64,000 nucleotides of DNA from Candidatus Bathyarchaeota archaeon (GTDB lineage: Archaea > Thermoproteota > Bathyarchaeia > 40CM-2-53-6): assembly GCA_963783645.1 (NCBI GenBank), contig CAWAOH010000010.1:102013-166012 (forward strand). Direction: 5' to 3'. How positions within the stretch are numbered: the stretch's first letter is position 1; the number at the start of each line of letters is the position of its first letter. The notes below the pieces were generated by a model. That model did no database searches. It saw only the letters and a program-made list of their open reading frames with translations, and was not told the DNA's origin. The translations under genes were made by a program, and so were the position numbers. Below, piece by piece: positions 30,810-41,134 of this stretch.

Positions 30810-31061
30810 CGGACTCACGCGCATCGAACCTACTCACTTTCCTTATTTTCTTATCTTAGGAATATGATCGTTCGGTTTTCGTTATATCGGGAATCTACCT
30901 GACGGGCCTATAATGTAGAATGACTAAAGACGAGCAGGTGATAGGCATTGACTTACGATTACGAGGGCTTAGAGGAACTGCTTGATCGCGGTGCCTACCA
31001 CAAGACACGTCCGCTTGATTTGAGGCGACTGCTCGCTCTGCTCCTTTGAGCGAAGACTACA

Positions 31062-31433
31062 TTACTTTCTTGTCAAGTAGACCTCTCTTCCTAGCGCTAT
31101 GTTCGGCCCAACTCCAAACGATGCGAGACATCTGCCTGCCAGGTAAGGTATCGACGAAGATGGAGTTATGCAGACTTGTGGATAGAGGTTCGACGGCCTC
31201 ACTTTTTCGGGTTCGTCGGCGACGTCGTATCCGGCTACAGTTGCTGTCCCTGAGGTTGGGAGAAGAATCGTAGACAGTATGCGTATCAGCGTGGTCTTGC
31301 CCGCGCCGTTCGGGCCAAGTAAACCGAAGACTTCGCCTTCATTGACCTGCAAGTCAACGCTCTCTAGGGCAACTATAGAATTGCCCTTAGAATCGAATAG
31401 TCGCTTGAGCTGGCGAGTCTCGACTATGACCAT
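31062..31433 (-). pseudogene. ABC-transporter ATPase relic (Walker A region only, remainder degenerate)
   Basis: The first ~75 aa are ABC-like ([22 protein letters not shown]). No Q-loop, signature or Walker B is readable downstream in any frame. Confidence 0.55.
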
Positions 31434-31618
31434 ATGGTCCTAGAAAATGCGACTCTTAAGCTATGGCGGCGTGTTTCGACACATTAGATACAGGATTCGA
31501 ACTCTCGTAACTCCTAATGTGGCTGCTTCTTCAGGTCATCCTAGAGCGTCCATTGATAACGTGAAGAAGAGAATTCTTAACTCGGTCCTTCATCTACAAC
31601 GCCACTAGGGGCAGTAGC

Positions 31619-32386
31619 TTGGGAATAGACGTCTTGCTTTCTAACAATCGAAGTATCCTCCTTGCATTCGACCAAGGACTTGAACACGGACCAACTGATC
31701 TAAACGAACACAACTATGATCCAGCTTTCATAATGAAGCTGGCGGAAGACGGAGGCTTTAACGGCATCATTTTCCAAAAAGGACTTGCTGAGAAATACTA
31801 CAATGGAAAGGTCCCGTTGATTCTGAAAGTTAACGGTAAGACGAATCTTCCAAAGGGCGAACCGATCGCACGACAGATCTGCAGTGTTAAGCGTGCCGCA
31901 GAGATAGGTGCGAAAGCAGTAGGGTACACCATCTACTTAGGAAGCGCACACGAGCATCTTATGCTAGAGGAGTTCGGCAAAATCCAAGAAGAAGCGCACG
32001 CTCACGATATGGCTGCTATAGCTTGGATCTACCCCCGAGGGGAAGCCATACAGAACGACATTGCCCCCGAAATCGTGGCCTACGCGGCCAGAGCGGGTCT
32101 TGAAGTTGGGGCGGATGCTGTGAAGATCAAGTACACTGGGGACGTAGAAACGTTCAAGTGGGCTGTGAAATGTGCTGGGAAGACGAAGGTCTTCATGTCA
32201 GGAGGCCCGAAGGCTCGCTCAGACGTTGAGTTCCTAAAACAGGTTAGGGGAGTCCTAGATGCGGGCGCCGTGGGTCTTGCTGTCGGTCGTAACGTTTGGC
32301 AGAGTTCAGATCCTTTAAAGATGGCTCGTTATCTGAGGAGATTAGTCCTCGAAAATCGATCCGTTGAGGACGCAATGAAAGATTGA
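31619..32386 (+). CDS. fba: Archaeal class I fructose-bisphosphate aldolase (DhnA family)
   Basis: 255-aa ORF with TTG start, FDQGLEHGP and the GADAVKIKY Schiff-base Lys region. Confidence 0.8.
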   Translation: MGIDVLLSNNRSILLAFDQGLEHGPTDLNEHNYDPAFIMKLAEDGGFNGIIFQKGLAEKYYNGKVPLILKVNGKTNLPKGEPIARQICSVKRAAEIGAKAVGYTIYLGSAHEHLMLEEFGKIQEEAHAHDMAAIAWIYPRGEAIQNDIAPEIVAYAARAGLEVGADAVKIKYTGDVETFKWAVKCAGKTKVFMSGGPKARSDVEFLKQVRGVLDAGAVGLAVGRNVWQSSDPLKMARYLRRLVLENRSVEDAMKD

Positions 32387-33405
32387 AGATTGGGATTCTG
32401 AATGGCGGTGGAGACTGCGCTGGATTAAACGCAGTCACAAGAGCAGTAGTTAGAAAAAGCGACGAATACGGGTATGAGGTTGTCGGCATTAGACATGGCT
32501 GGGCTGGGCTGACCAACCTAGACACCGTTCCATTGAATTGGAATAACGTCTCAAACATAATCAACCAAGGTGGCACAATCCTACACACAACCAGAACCAA
32601 CCCATTCAGGACGAAAGAAGGCCCTGAACAGGTTCTCAGAAACATCAAACAGCTGGGGCTCGATGCACTCGTTGCAGTCGGCGGAGAAGACACGCTCAGT
32701 GTCGCAGCGAAATTCTCGCAACTAGGACTGAAAGTAGTAGGCGTCCCAAAAACAATCGACAACGATATCGTAATCGCGGATATGACATTCGGATTTGATA
32801 CAGCGGTAAACGTAACTGTCGAAGCGATCGACAGAATTCAGACAACCGCGGAATCCCACGAAAGAATAATGGTCGTCGAAGTAATGGGCAGACATGCAGG
32901 ATGGATCGCTGCCTACGCGGGAATTGCAAGCGGCGCCAATCTGACACTTGTCCCTGAGAAACCACTCGACATTGAGGAGATCTGCAATTTCCTGAAGAAA
33001 AGACACGATGCAAAGAGGCTGACCTCCATAGTTGTCGTTGGCGAAGGATGTAGCCTGAAGAATTATCCCACCGCAGATCAGAATAAGGTGGACGAGTTTG
33101 GTCACGTTCGTCTCGGAGGGATAGGTGAGATCTTGGCGCGTGAGATAGAGAAGAGGGTTGGTATTGAAACACGCGCGGTCGTGCTTGGACATGTGCTTAG
33201 GGGGGGTTCGCCTAGCGCATACGATCGGATCCTTGCCACGCGGCTAGGCGTTGCCGCAATTGAAGCGATCAAGAACCAGACTTATGGCATAATGGTATGT
33301 TTGCGAGGAAACGTCATGTCTAGAGTTCCGCTAACTGATATTCTCGGCAAGATGAAGAACCTCGATGCAGAAACAGTAGCTCTGCTTAACGACTTTCAAC
33401 AATAA
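32383..33405 (+). CDS. pfk: PfkA-family 6-phosphofructokinase, residues suggest PPi dependence
   Basis: 340-aa ORF overlapping fba by 4 nt, with GGGDCAGLNA, GGEDT, PKTIDND and MGRHAGW motifs. Confidence 0.85.
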   Translation: MKIGILNGGGDCAGLNAVTRAVVRKSDEYGYEVVGIRHGWAGLTNLDTVPLNWNNVSNIINQGGTILHTTRTNPFRTKEGPEQVLRNIKQLGLDALVAVGGEDTLSVAAKFSQLGLKVVGVPKTIDNDIVIADMTFGFDTAVNVTVEAIDRIQTTAESHERIMVVEVMGRHAGWIAAYAGIASGANLTLVPEKPLDIEEICNFLKKRHDAKRLTSIVVVGEGCSLKNYPTADQNKVDEFGHVRLGGIGEILAREIEKRVGIETRAVVLGHVLRGGSPSAYDRILATRLGVAAIEAIKNQTYGIMVCLRGNVMSRVPLTDILGKMKNLDAETVALLNDFQQ

Positions 33406-33418
33406 ACATGACGAAGTG

Positions 33419-33910
33419 CTAACTTCCTAGAGGTTCCTCAGTGGCCTCGACAACGATTACTTTGTAGGACACAAAGATTTCCAATGCCAGAAACGCAACG
33501 CCGACAAGAACAAGAACCATCCCTAAGGTGAAGGTAGTGCTGATGGCAGTTTGGGTTAGACCTGCGGGGGTCGGAAGCCGTTCAAGTCCGATCGAGAAGG
33601 ATGTCAAAACGAAGAGCATTACTGCAAGCAGATGGCAAAGCATTCCGTTCCTTACATAGGCAAGCCGTGGAAGCAGCAAATTCAATTGATTCTTGATGCT
33701 CCTCAGACGGACGCTTTCGCTCTTGTCAAGTCTCTTCGAAGCTGATTTCTTACTAAGTTGTCTTTTTTCATCGTCTAAGAGTCGGATCCTGTTCACAAGC
33801 GCGCTATGTCTTGCGTTGAATGTCAATAACAACAAAGCAACTCCAGTGATCATTACTGCTGGTGCTAGAATGTCCTGAATTGTCCCAATCGCATTCGCAA
33901 CTTCACTCAT
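33419..33910 (-). CDS. DUF2721-like membrane protein
   Basis: 163-aa ORF. An N-terminal TM helix is followed by NRIRLL and a coiled region, then two C-terminal TM helices. Confidence 0.5.
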   Translation of the reverse strand: MSEVANAIGTIQDILAPAVMITGVALLLLTFNARHSALVNRIRLLDDEKRQLSKKSASKRLDKSESVRLRSIKNQLNLLLPRLAYVRNGMLCHLLAVMLFVLTSFSIGLERLPTPAGLTQTAISTTFTLGMVLVLVGVAFLALEIFVSYKVIVVEATEEPLGS

Positions 33911-33997
33911 TTTTGTTCACTCTAACAACAGATCACAATTCTAGTATTAAGAGTCGGTCGACCAGTCACGTGTGACTTTTCTTTGATTACCTGTTTG

Positions 33998-34459
33998 CTA
34001 TACTCTGATGTTGAAGTCTTCTTTCACCGTTCTAAACACGATCATTGTCTCGGTGCCAGCGACCCCATCTACGGCGCCGATTTCATCAATAATTTTGCTT
34101 AACTCATCTGTCCCGTCCGTCCTTACTTTAAGGATTGAATAGTATTGACCCGTGATGTCATAAATTTCGTAAACGTCGTCCAATTTCTTAAGCGCGGTTA
34201 GCATTGCTGGATAGGCTTTAGGTTGTGCACGCACGAGGATGAACGCCGTTAACGTTTTTCCAACAGCCTTAGGTTCAACGATCGCCTTGAATCCTTTCAG
34301 AACTCCCTTCTCGGTAAGCTTCTTGACCCGAACGAACACTGTTGCTTCGCTCACACCAATCTCCTTCGCTACCGTCTTGAAGGATACGCGTCCGTTGCGC
34401 TGGAGTTCCCGCAGAATTTTCTTATCGACATCATCGAGTTCGATTATTGGTAGTACCAT
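33998..34459 (-). CDS. Lrp/AsnC-family transcriptional regulator
   Basis: HTH (LDDVDKKILRELQRNGRVSFKTVAKEIGVSEATV) plus an RAM domain. The track ORF was trimmed to the internal MVLPII start because the extension overlaps argG. Confidence 0.85.
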   Translation of the reverse strand: MVLPIIELDDVDKKILRELQRNGRVSFKTVAKEIGVSEATVFVRVKKLTEKGVLKGFKAIVEPKAVGKTLTAFILVRAQPKAYPAMLTALKKLDDVYEIYDITGQYYSILKVRTDGTDELSKIIDEIGAVDGVAGTETMIVFRTVKEDFNIRV

Positions 34460-34583
34460 GTGCAACGACAATCCTGAATTTGCTAATAGCCTCTGGGATA
34501 AATGGTTCCATGTGTGTAAAGGAACTTTTATTAAGGAATACGCATGTTTTAGGTGAATTTCATAACGTTTCCATAAGAAATCG

Positions 34584-35846
34584 GTGAATTCATTGAGCGA
34601 CAAATTAGTCCTTGCGTATTCCGGAGGCCTCGATACCTCCGTTATGATCCATTGGCTGAAAGAAAAGTATGGGTACGACGTAGTCACGTTGACGGTTGAC
34701 GTGGGCCAAGCAGATGATATGGCTGAGGTTGAAAACAAATCGAAACTCGTGGGTGCAGTGAAGCATTACACGCTCGATGCCAAACGTGAATTTGTTGAGG
34801 ACTACGTTTACCCGGCCATTAGAGCGAACGCCCTCTACGAATGGAAATACCCCATAAGTACAGCTCTCGCCAGGCCATTGATCGCAAAGAAGCTCGTGGA
34901 AATCGCTCACAAGGAGAAAGCGACAGCAGTTGCTCATGGCTGCACTGGGAAAGGAAACGACCAAGTCCGTTTTGAAGTTACAATCAAATCCTTGGATCCT
35001 TCTCTGAAGATTGTTGCTCCGGTTCGCGAATGGAAACTTTCAAGAGAAGAAGAAATACGCTACGCAGAGAAGAATGGCATCCCAGTTGATCTAGAAAATC
35101 CCTACAGCGTAGACCAGAACATATGGGGACGATCGGTTGAATGCGGTATACTCGAAGGACCGAACAATGAGCCGCCCTCTGAGGCTTACGAATGGACGAA
35201 CTCTCCACAGAAGGCTCCTGATAGTCCAGAATATGTGACCATAGAATTTGACAAAGGTGTGCCGGTAAGTGTAAATGGCAAACAGTTGGGACCGATTGAC
35301 ATCATTGAGAAACTGAACTACATCGCAGGCCACCATGGCGTCGGCAGAATTGATCACATCGAAGACAGACTTGTTGGTATAAAGTCACGTGAAGTGTATG
35401 AATGCCCCGCCGCTACTCTGCTGATTGAAGCGCATAGAGAATTGGAGAAACTCGTAATGACACGACACGAAGTTTGGTTCAAGCAACTTGTTGACTCAGA
35501 ATGGACAAAGCTAGTCTACACGGGACTTTGGGATGACCCGTTAAGGGAGGATTTAGATGGATTTATCGAAAGATCACAAGAAAGAGTTACTGGCACTGTT
35601 CGGTTGAAGATATACAAAGGCTCCGCTCAAGTGGTCGGCCGGACATCACCTTTGTCGTTGTATGACGCTGCGCTAGCAACATACAGTGCCTCATCCACCT
35701 TTGACCAAACTTGGTCGAACGGCTTCATTGAGATCTGGGCAATGCCGACAGTAGTGGCCAACGCACGAAAACGGCAGCAACAATCCAAGATACTCCACAA
35801 TGGCGTCGCGCCGAAGGTCACTCGCGTCCAACGCAAAACTAAGTAG
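34584..35846 (+). CDS. argG: Argininosuccinate synthase
   Basis: 420-aa ORF with LAYSGGLDTS and GCTGKGNDQVRFE motifs. Confidence 0.95.
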   Translation: MNSLSDKLVLAYSGGLDTSVMIHWLKEKYGYDVVTLTVDVGQADDMAEVENKSKLVGAVKHYTLDAKREFVEDYVYPAIRANALYEWKYPISTALARPLIAKKLVEIAHKEKATAVAHGCTGKGNDQVRFEVTIKSLDPSLKIVAPVREWKLSREEEIRYAEKNGIPVDLENPYSVDQNIWGRSVECGILEGPNNEPPSEAYEWTNSPQKAPDSPEYVTIEFDKGVPVSVNGKQLGPIDIIEKLNYIAGHHGVGRIDHIEDRLVGIKSREVYECPAATLLIEAHRELEKLVMTRHEVWFKQLVDSEWTKLVYTGLWDDPLREDLDGFIERSQERVTGTVRLKIYKGSAQVVGRTSPLSLYDAALATYSASSTFDQTWSNGFIEIWAMPTVVANARKRQQQSKILHNGVAPKVTRVQRKTK

Positions 35847-35915
35847 GAAACAGCAGAGCTGAATTGCAGTGACCGCATTCTCTAGACCATTCATTACCTT
35901 AGAGGAGGTGAGCTG

Positions 35916-36090
35916 ATGTCAGTTGAAAAATGTCTGGACTGCGAAGCAGAGATTCAAGTTCCCGACAATGCAGTTGATGGAGAAATCGTCACTTGCCCCG
36001 ATTGCGGGCTAGACTTGGAAGTAAAGCTCACTCCTCAAGGGCACTCGATCAAACCGCTTACTCGTGGAAAAGGAAGACTGGGGTGAATAA
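35916..36090 (+). pseudogene. lysW: LysW-type amino-group carrier protein with one +1 frame break near 36060
   Basis: GGAGGTGA Shine-Dalgarno sequence, then MSVEKCLDCEAEIQVPDNAVDGEIVTCPDCGLDLEV. The hallmark C-terminus LVEKEDWGE-stop is readable only after shifting +1. Confidence 0.7.
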
Positions 36091-36949
36091 GAAAACGCCC
36101 ACAGTCGGGCTGGTCTATGATCAACTCAGACCAGATGAACGCATGATCATCGATGCAGCTAAGAGTAACGGAATAGCTCTCGAGCTGTACGACACAAATC
36201 AGCTTGCTTTCGGAGTCACCGATGAGAATGATGGTGCCGGACTAGCAGACGTTTTTCTACAAAGATGTATGTCGTACTTCAGGAGCATCCACGTGACTGC
36301 AGTATTGGAGTCGCGAGGCAAAGCGGTCGTTAATTCATACAAAGTGGCGTCAGTGTGCGGAAACAAACTACTTACATCCATCATCCTCAGCCGATCCAAA
36401 ATACCAACTCCACGAACATTCCTAACCTTCAGCGAAGATGCATCGCTGAAAGCGCTGGAACAGCTAGGCTACCCTGCTGTGCTGAAACCCGTAGTGGGAA
36501 GTTGGGGACGACTCGTCGCGCTTGTCAAGGACAGTGATTCCGCAAAGGCTCTGATCGAAGCGCGAGAGTACATGCACCCAATCCAACAGGTGTACTACTT
36601 CCAAGAGAAGATCAAACGGCCAGAACGAGATATTCGATGCTACGTAATCGGCGACGAAGTCGTTGGAGCAATGTACCGCCGCTCACCACCCGATGAATGG
36701 CGAACTAATACGGCGCACGGTGGCATAGCCGAAAAACTCCCAATCACGCCTGAGCTTGAGGAGATTAGCCTGAGGGCTGCGCAGGCCGTTGGCGGCGGGG
36801 CTTTCGGCGTTGACCTTATGGAAACTGATTCTGGCCTAGTCGTTCACGAAGTTAACCACACAACTGAATTCAAAAACATGGTACGGGTGACCGGGGTAGA
36901 CGTACCACGACTACTCCTAGAATACACAATTATGCAGGCGAAGCAATGA
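36083..36949 (+). CDS. lysX: RimK/ATP-grasp ligase LysX/ArgX (attaches substrate to LysW)
   Basis: GTG start overlaps the lysW end. ATP-grasp sequence (VLKPVVGSWGR, DLMETDSGLVVHEVNHT). Confidence 0.85.
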   Translation: MNKKTPTVGLVYDQLRPDERMIIDAAKSNGIALELYDTNQLAFGVTDENDGAGLADVFLQRCMSYFRSIHVTAVLESRGKAVVNSYKVASVCGNKLLTSIILSRSKIPTPRTFLTFSEDASLKALEQLGYPAVLKPVVGSWGRLVALVKDSDSAKALIEAREYMHPIQQVYYFQEKIKRPERDIRCYVIGDEVVGAMYRRSPPDEWRTNTAHGGIAEKLPITPELEEISLRAAQAVGGGAFGVDLMETDSGLVVHEVNHTTEFKNMVRVTGVDVPRLLLEYTIMQAKQ

Positions 36950-38002
36950 CTCGCGTCTCTGTTCTAGGCGGGTCCGGCTACGTAGGAGGCGAACTCCTCC
37001 GTCTAATCCTCACACACCCTGCCGTGTGAACTTCAACTCGTAACTTCAAGGCAATATGCAGGTCAACCAGTCCATCGCGCTCACCCCAACCTAAGAGGCA
37101 TGGGAACGCATCGGTTTGAGGAATTCAACCTCGAAGCTGTAGCCGCAAAAAGTCAAATCGTCTTCACAGCACTACCACACGGAAAGTCCCTTGAAATCGT
37201 TCCCGAGCTACTGGAACGCGGGATACGTGTCATAGACATGACTGCAGATTTCCGCTTGAAAGACCCTGCTGCATACAAGGAGTACTACGGTTTCGACCAC
37301 AAGCGGCCCGACTTACTGCAAGAAGCAGTTTACGGGCTTCCTGAACTTCACAGATCCACTATCAAGGAAGCGAATCTCGTCGCAGTCCCAGGCTGCATGG
37401 CTGCTTCAGCAATACTAGGCATAGCACCTATAGTCGCCGGGGGTTTGGTTGACACAACCAAGATCGTGATTGATGCCAAAATCGGTTCCTCTGGCGCTGG
37501 AATCAGCCCCACAATCGCTAGTCACCATTCCGAACGATCAGGCGGAGTTCGTCCCTACAAGGTCACTGGACATCGCCACATTGCCGAAATCGAACAAGAA
37601 CTATCCGCAGTGTGCAAAGGCCAAGTCAAAGTGGCATTCACGCCTCATGCAGTGGACATGGTCAGAGGAATACTGACAACAATACATGCTTTCACGCTGC
37701 AAGATCTCACAGACCGAGACATATGGAAGACCTATCGTTCATACTACCACGAAGAACCATTCATCAGGATGGTCTCAGATAGGAAGACCTTGTATGGATT
37801 GCCAAACCCAAAAGTCACCGTTGGAACAAACTTCTGCGACGTTGGATTCGAACTTGACCCCCACGTACAACGAATTGCAATCTTTTCTGCACTTGATAAC
37901 CTAATGAAAGGCGCCGCAGGGCAGGCTGTACAATGCTTCAACATCATAACCTCCATGGATGAACGCACTGGACTCAACAACCTCGCACTGCACCCGTTGT
38001 GA
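36946..38002 (+). pseudogene. lysY: LysY/ArgC-type semialdehyde dehydrogenase with a +1 frame break at about 37027
   Basis: MTRVSVLGGSGYVGGELLRLILTHPAV then TGA. It continues after skipping one T as ELQLVTSRQYAGQPVHRAHPNLRG..., joining track ORF 37100-38002 (PGCMAASAIL active-site Cys). Confidence 0.85.
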
Positions 38003-38007
38003 ACTGA

Positions 38008-38815
38008 TTGACAATCGTAATCAAGATAGGTGACAAAGCAATGGGACGCGCCTTCTCCGCAGCTGGCTTGAACGATCTCGAACAGGTTTCGAGACAAAGC
38101 TCGAGCGTGCTGGTGCACGGCGGCGGCAACACAGTCACAGGAATAGCGGAAAAACTTGGCGTCCACCAGAGATTTGTCATCTCGCCCGAGGGATTCAGAA
38201 GCAGATACACTGACTTGGAAACGATCAAAATCTTCACAATGGTCATGGCAGGCAAGATAAACAAGGAAATAGTTCTGCACCTGCAAAGCCGAAAGATACC
38301 TGCAATCGGCCTCTCTGGTTTAGATGGTGGACTGATCAGGGCTGAACGCAAAAAGAAACTCATCGTCAAAAACGACGAGGGCAGACGAAGCGTAATCGAA
38401 GGTGGATATACGGGGAGAGTGACTGATGTCGACGGAACTCTCCTCCAAACCCTTCTCAACGCACATTACGTTCCAGTTATCGCTCCAATAGCCCTGGGCT
38501 CAGAGAATGAGCCGCTGAACTTAGATGGAGATCGGACGGCGGCCCATATTGCGGGCGCAGTCAAAGCAGATTTGTTACTGCTGATGACAGACGTGGAGGG
38601 CGTTTCAGTGAACGGAAAAGAAATCAGCGCGCTTCGACGCCGCAGAGGCTAAACGCTCTCTACAAGATCTCGGACCTGGAATGATAACGAAAGTCTACGC
38701 AGCACTCGAAGCACTTTCAATGGGTGTAGGCAAAGTTGTCATCTCGCAGGGAACACCAAACGCTCCATTCACTTCGGCCATCCGAGAACGAACTGGAACT
38801 GTGATCACTCCATGA
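38008..38815 (+). pseudogene. lysZ: LysZ/ArgB-type amino-acid kinase with a +1 frame break near 38630
   Basis: 214-aa track ORF (VLVHGGG...) plus the C-terminal FDAAEAKRSLQDLGPGMITKVYAALEALSMGVGKVVIS..., readable in the next frame down to TGA at 38813-38815. Confidence 0.85.
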
Positions 38816-40014
38816 ATTCGAGAGAGATCATGAGCATAGAAGACGCGCACAATGCCAAATTCTACGCTAGAAAACCAATCAGCATCCTCCGAGGGTCAGG
38901 AACGTTAGTGTACGACGCAGGAGGGAAAGGAATATGTCGATTGCACTGGTGGTTACGGAACATGCATCGTTGGGCACGCGCACCCAAAAGTCGTGGAAGC
39001 AATCACAACACAAGCGCATAAGCTGATCTCATGCCACTCCTCAACTTACAATGACGCAAGAGCTGATTTTCTCGCAAAGTTACTCGAAATAACTCCACCC
39101 GAACTGAGCCGTTTCTTCCTCAGCAATAGCGGAGCAGAGGCGGTTGAGTGCGCAATTAAACTCGCCAGAAAAGCAATCGGCAAACGAAAAATCGTAGCCA
39201 TCAAGGGAGGCTACCATGGGAAAACACACGGCGCTGCTCTCTGCAACTTGGGACAGTAAATATCGCAGAAGCTTCGAACCGCTCGTGTCCGATTTCGTAC
39301 ACATCCCTTTCGGGAACATTGAGGCAGCTAAACAGACAATCACAACAGACACCGCCGCTGTAATCTTTGAACCAATCCAAGGAGAAGGTGGCATCCGTAG
39401 TTTCACCAGTAGAATGGTTACGGTTATTGAGGGATCTGACTGGGGACGTGGGAGCGTCGCTGATCGCTGACGAGATTCAATCCGGTTCTGGCAGGACGGG
39501 TAGGATGTTTGCGTGCGAACACTTCGATGTTACCCCTGACATACTCTGCATTGGAAAGGGAATAGCAAGTGGTCTGCCAGTCGGAATAACCGCAGCATCA
39601 GATCAGTTGATGGGAACATTAACTGTCGGCGAGCACACTGGCACTTTTGGGGGTAACCCTGTAGTGTGCGCCGCAGGCGCAGCCACGATTGACGTGCTTC
39701 TTGAAGAGCACCTGGTCGAGAACGCAGTCGAAGTAGGCAATTACCTGAAGGAGCAACTCTCGGGTCTTCAAAGAGAATACAGCATAATTCGCGAAATCCG
39801 AGGATTAGGACTCATGCTTGCTGCGGAGATGAGATTTGACGTCCATCAGATCATTTTGGACGCCCTAGAAAGAGGGGTACTAATGATAGACGCAGGGAGA
39901 AACGTCCTCCGATTTCTCCCACCAATTTGCATCCGAAAAGTCGAGGTTGACAAAGTCATACGAACTTTGCAATCAATAGTAGGTAAGGAACAGCTTGCAA
40001 GACTACCCAGTTAA
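38812..40014 (+). pseudogene. lysJ: LysJ/ArgD-type class III aminotransferase with three frame breaks (about 38927, 39234, 39402)
   Basis: Four track ORFs tile one protein: ...YDAGGK / EYVDCTGGYGTCIVGHAHPKVVEAI...[10 protein letters not shown] / [11 protein letters not shown]...EPIQGEGGI / [14 protein letters not shown]...[12 protein letters not shown]... Confidence 0.85.
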
Positions 40015-41125
40015 ACTACTGCAGACGATGCTTGAGGCCTATAGCCCAAGCGGCTCCGAAGGGAAACTCGCGAAATTGCTTGCCCAGCACATGACGAAGC
40101 TAGGCTTCAATGTGCGGAGAGACCAAGTTGGAAACGTTATCGGCGAATCTGGAGACGAATCACCTCGAATTCTGCTCTGCGGGCACATGGATACTATACC
40201 AGGCGAACTCCCAGTGCGTCACGACGAAACATATCTTTACGGCAGGGGTGCCGTAGACGCAAAGTCAGCTTTGGCAGCGATGTTAGTCGGTAGCTATCTG
40301 GCAACACGACGCTCCAAGTCGCCACTTGGAGTTACCGTAGTGGGCGTTGTTGAAGAGGAAACAACCAGTGCAGGAGTAAAATCACTCATTGATGAGGGTG
40401 CTTCATACGATTTGGCCGTGTTCGGTGAACCGAGCGGCGCAAACGCGATAATCATAGGTTACAAGGGGTGCACGAAGCTCCAAGTGACATGCCAAACAAG
40501 CGGAGGACACTCAGCAGCTCCCTGGCTCTCGAAGAACAGCATCGAAGAAGCCTTCGAGTTTTGGAAACTGCTCAAAACGTCCATGCTAAGAAACGATTCA
40601 GCCGAGAAATTCCCATTTCTCACAGGTTGCATCACGGGAATCCGCGCCGGTGAAGGAGAAAACAGCATCCCTTCCAGAGCCGTGCTAAACATAGATATCA
40701 GAATCGCACCCAAAATCAGACCGGACGAAGTCTCAGGTCAAATAGAGGAGCTTGCGAAACAATACGAAAGTAGTCATGCTGGTACTCGTATCATTGTGGA
40801 GACCCGAGATCAGTGTCCGGGGTTCGTCGGTAATTCAAACTCCTTGGCTGTGCAGGTGTTCCGTTGGACGATTAAGCGAACTCTGCGAGGTCAAGTAGAT
40901 TTATTGAAGAAGACTGGGACCAGCGATATGAACGTCTTCGCTCAAACACACAATATTCCGATGATCGCGTATGGGCCAGGCGATTCTACCCTTGACCACA
41001 CAAAATATGAGAGAATCAGCATACGTGAATACTTGGATAGCATAGAAGTGTATGCAAAGGCGATTGAGAGATTCGCCGATCTTTATCGAGATCGTGGGCT
41101 CCAACCGGTTTCAATGTCACAGTGA
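39995..41125 (+). CDS. lysK: LysK/ArgE-type M20 deacylase
   Basis: 376-aa ORF with M20 motifs (LLCGHMDTIPG, GRGAVDAKS, EEETTS). Confidence 0.8.
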   Translation: MQDYPVKLLQTMLEAYSPSGSEGKLAKLLAQHMTKLGFNVRRDQVGNVIGESGDESPRILLCGHMDTIPGELPVRHDETYLYGRGAVDAKSALAAMLVGSYLATRRSKSPLGVTVVGVVEEETTSAGVKSLIDEGASYDLAVFGEPSGANAIIIGYKGCTKLQVTCQTSGGHSAAPWLSKNSIEEAFEFWKLLKTSMLRNDSAEKFPFLTGCITGIRAGEGENSIPSRAVLNIDIRIAPKIRPDEVSGQIEELAKQYESSHAGTRIIVETRDQCPGFVGNSNSLAVQVFRWTIKRTLRGQVDLLKKTGTSDMNVFAQTHNIPMIAYGPGDSTLDHTKYERISIREYLDSIEVYAKAIERFADLYRDRGLQPVSMSQ

Positions 41126-41134
41126 GGCTAACTG

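Noticed and set aside
33998-34738. The 246-aa version of the Lrp ORF, and the 35993 start of lysX.
   Set aside because: The N-terminal extensions have no homology. They overlap the argG start and the lysW coding region respectively. Internal starts give canonical protein lengths.
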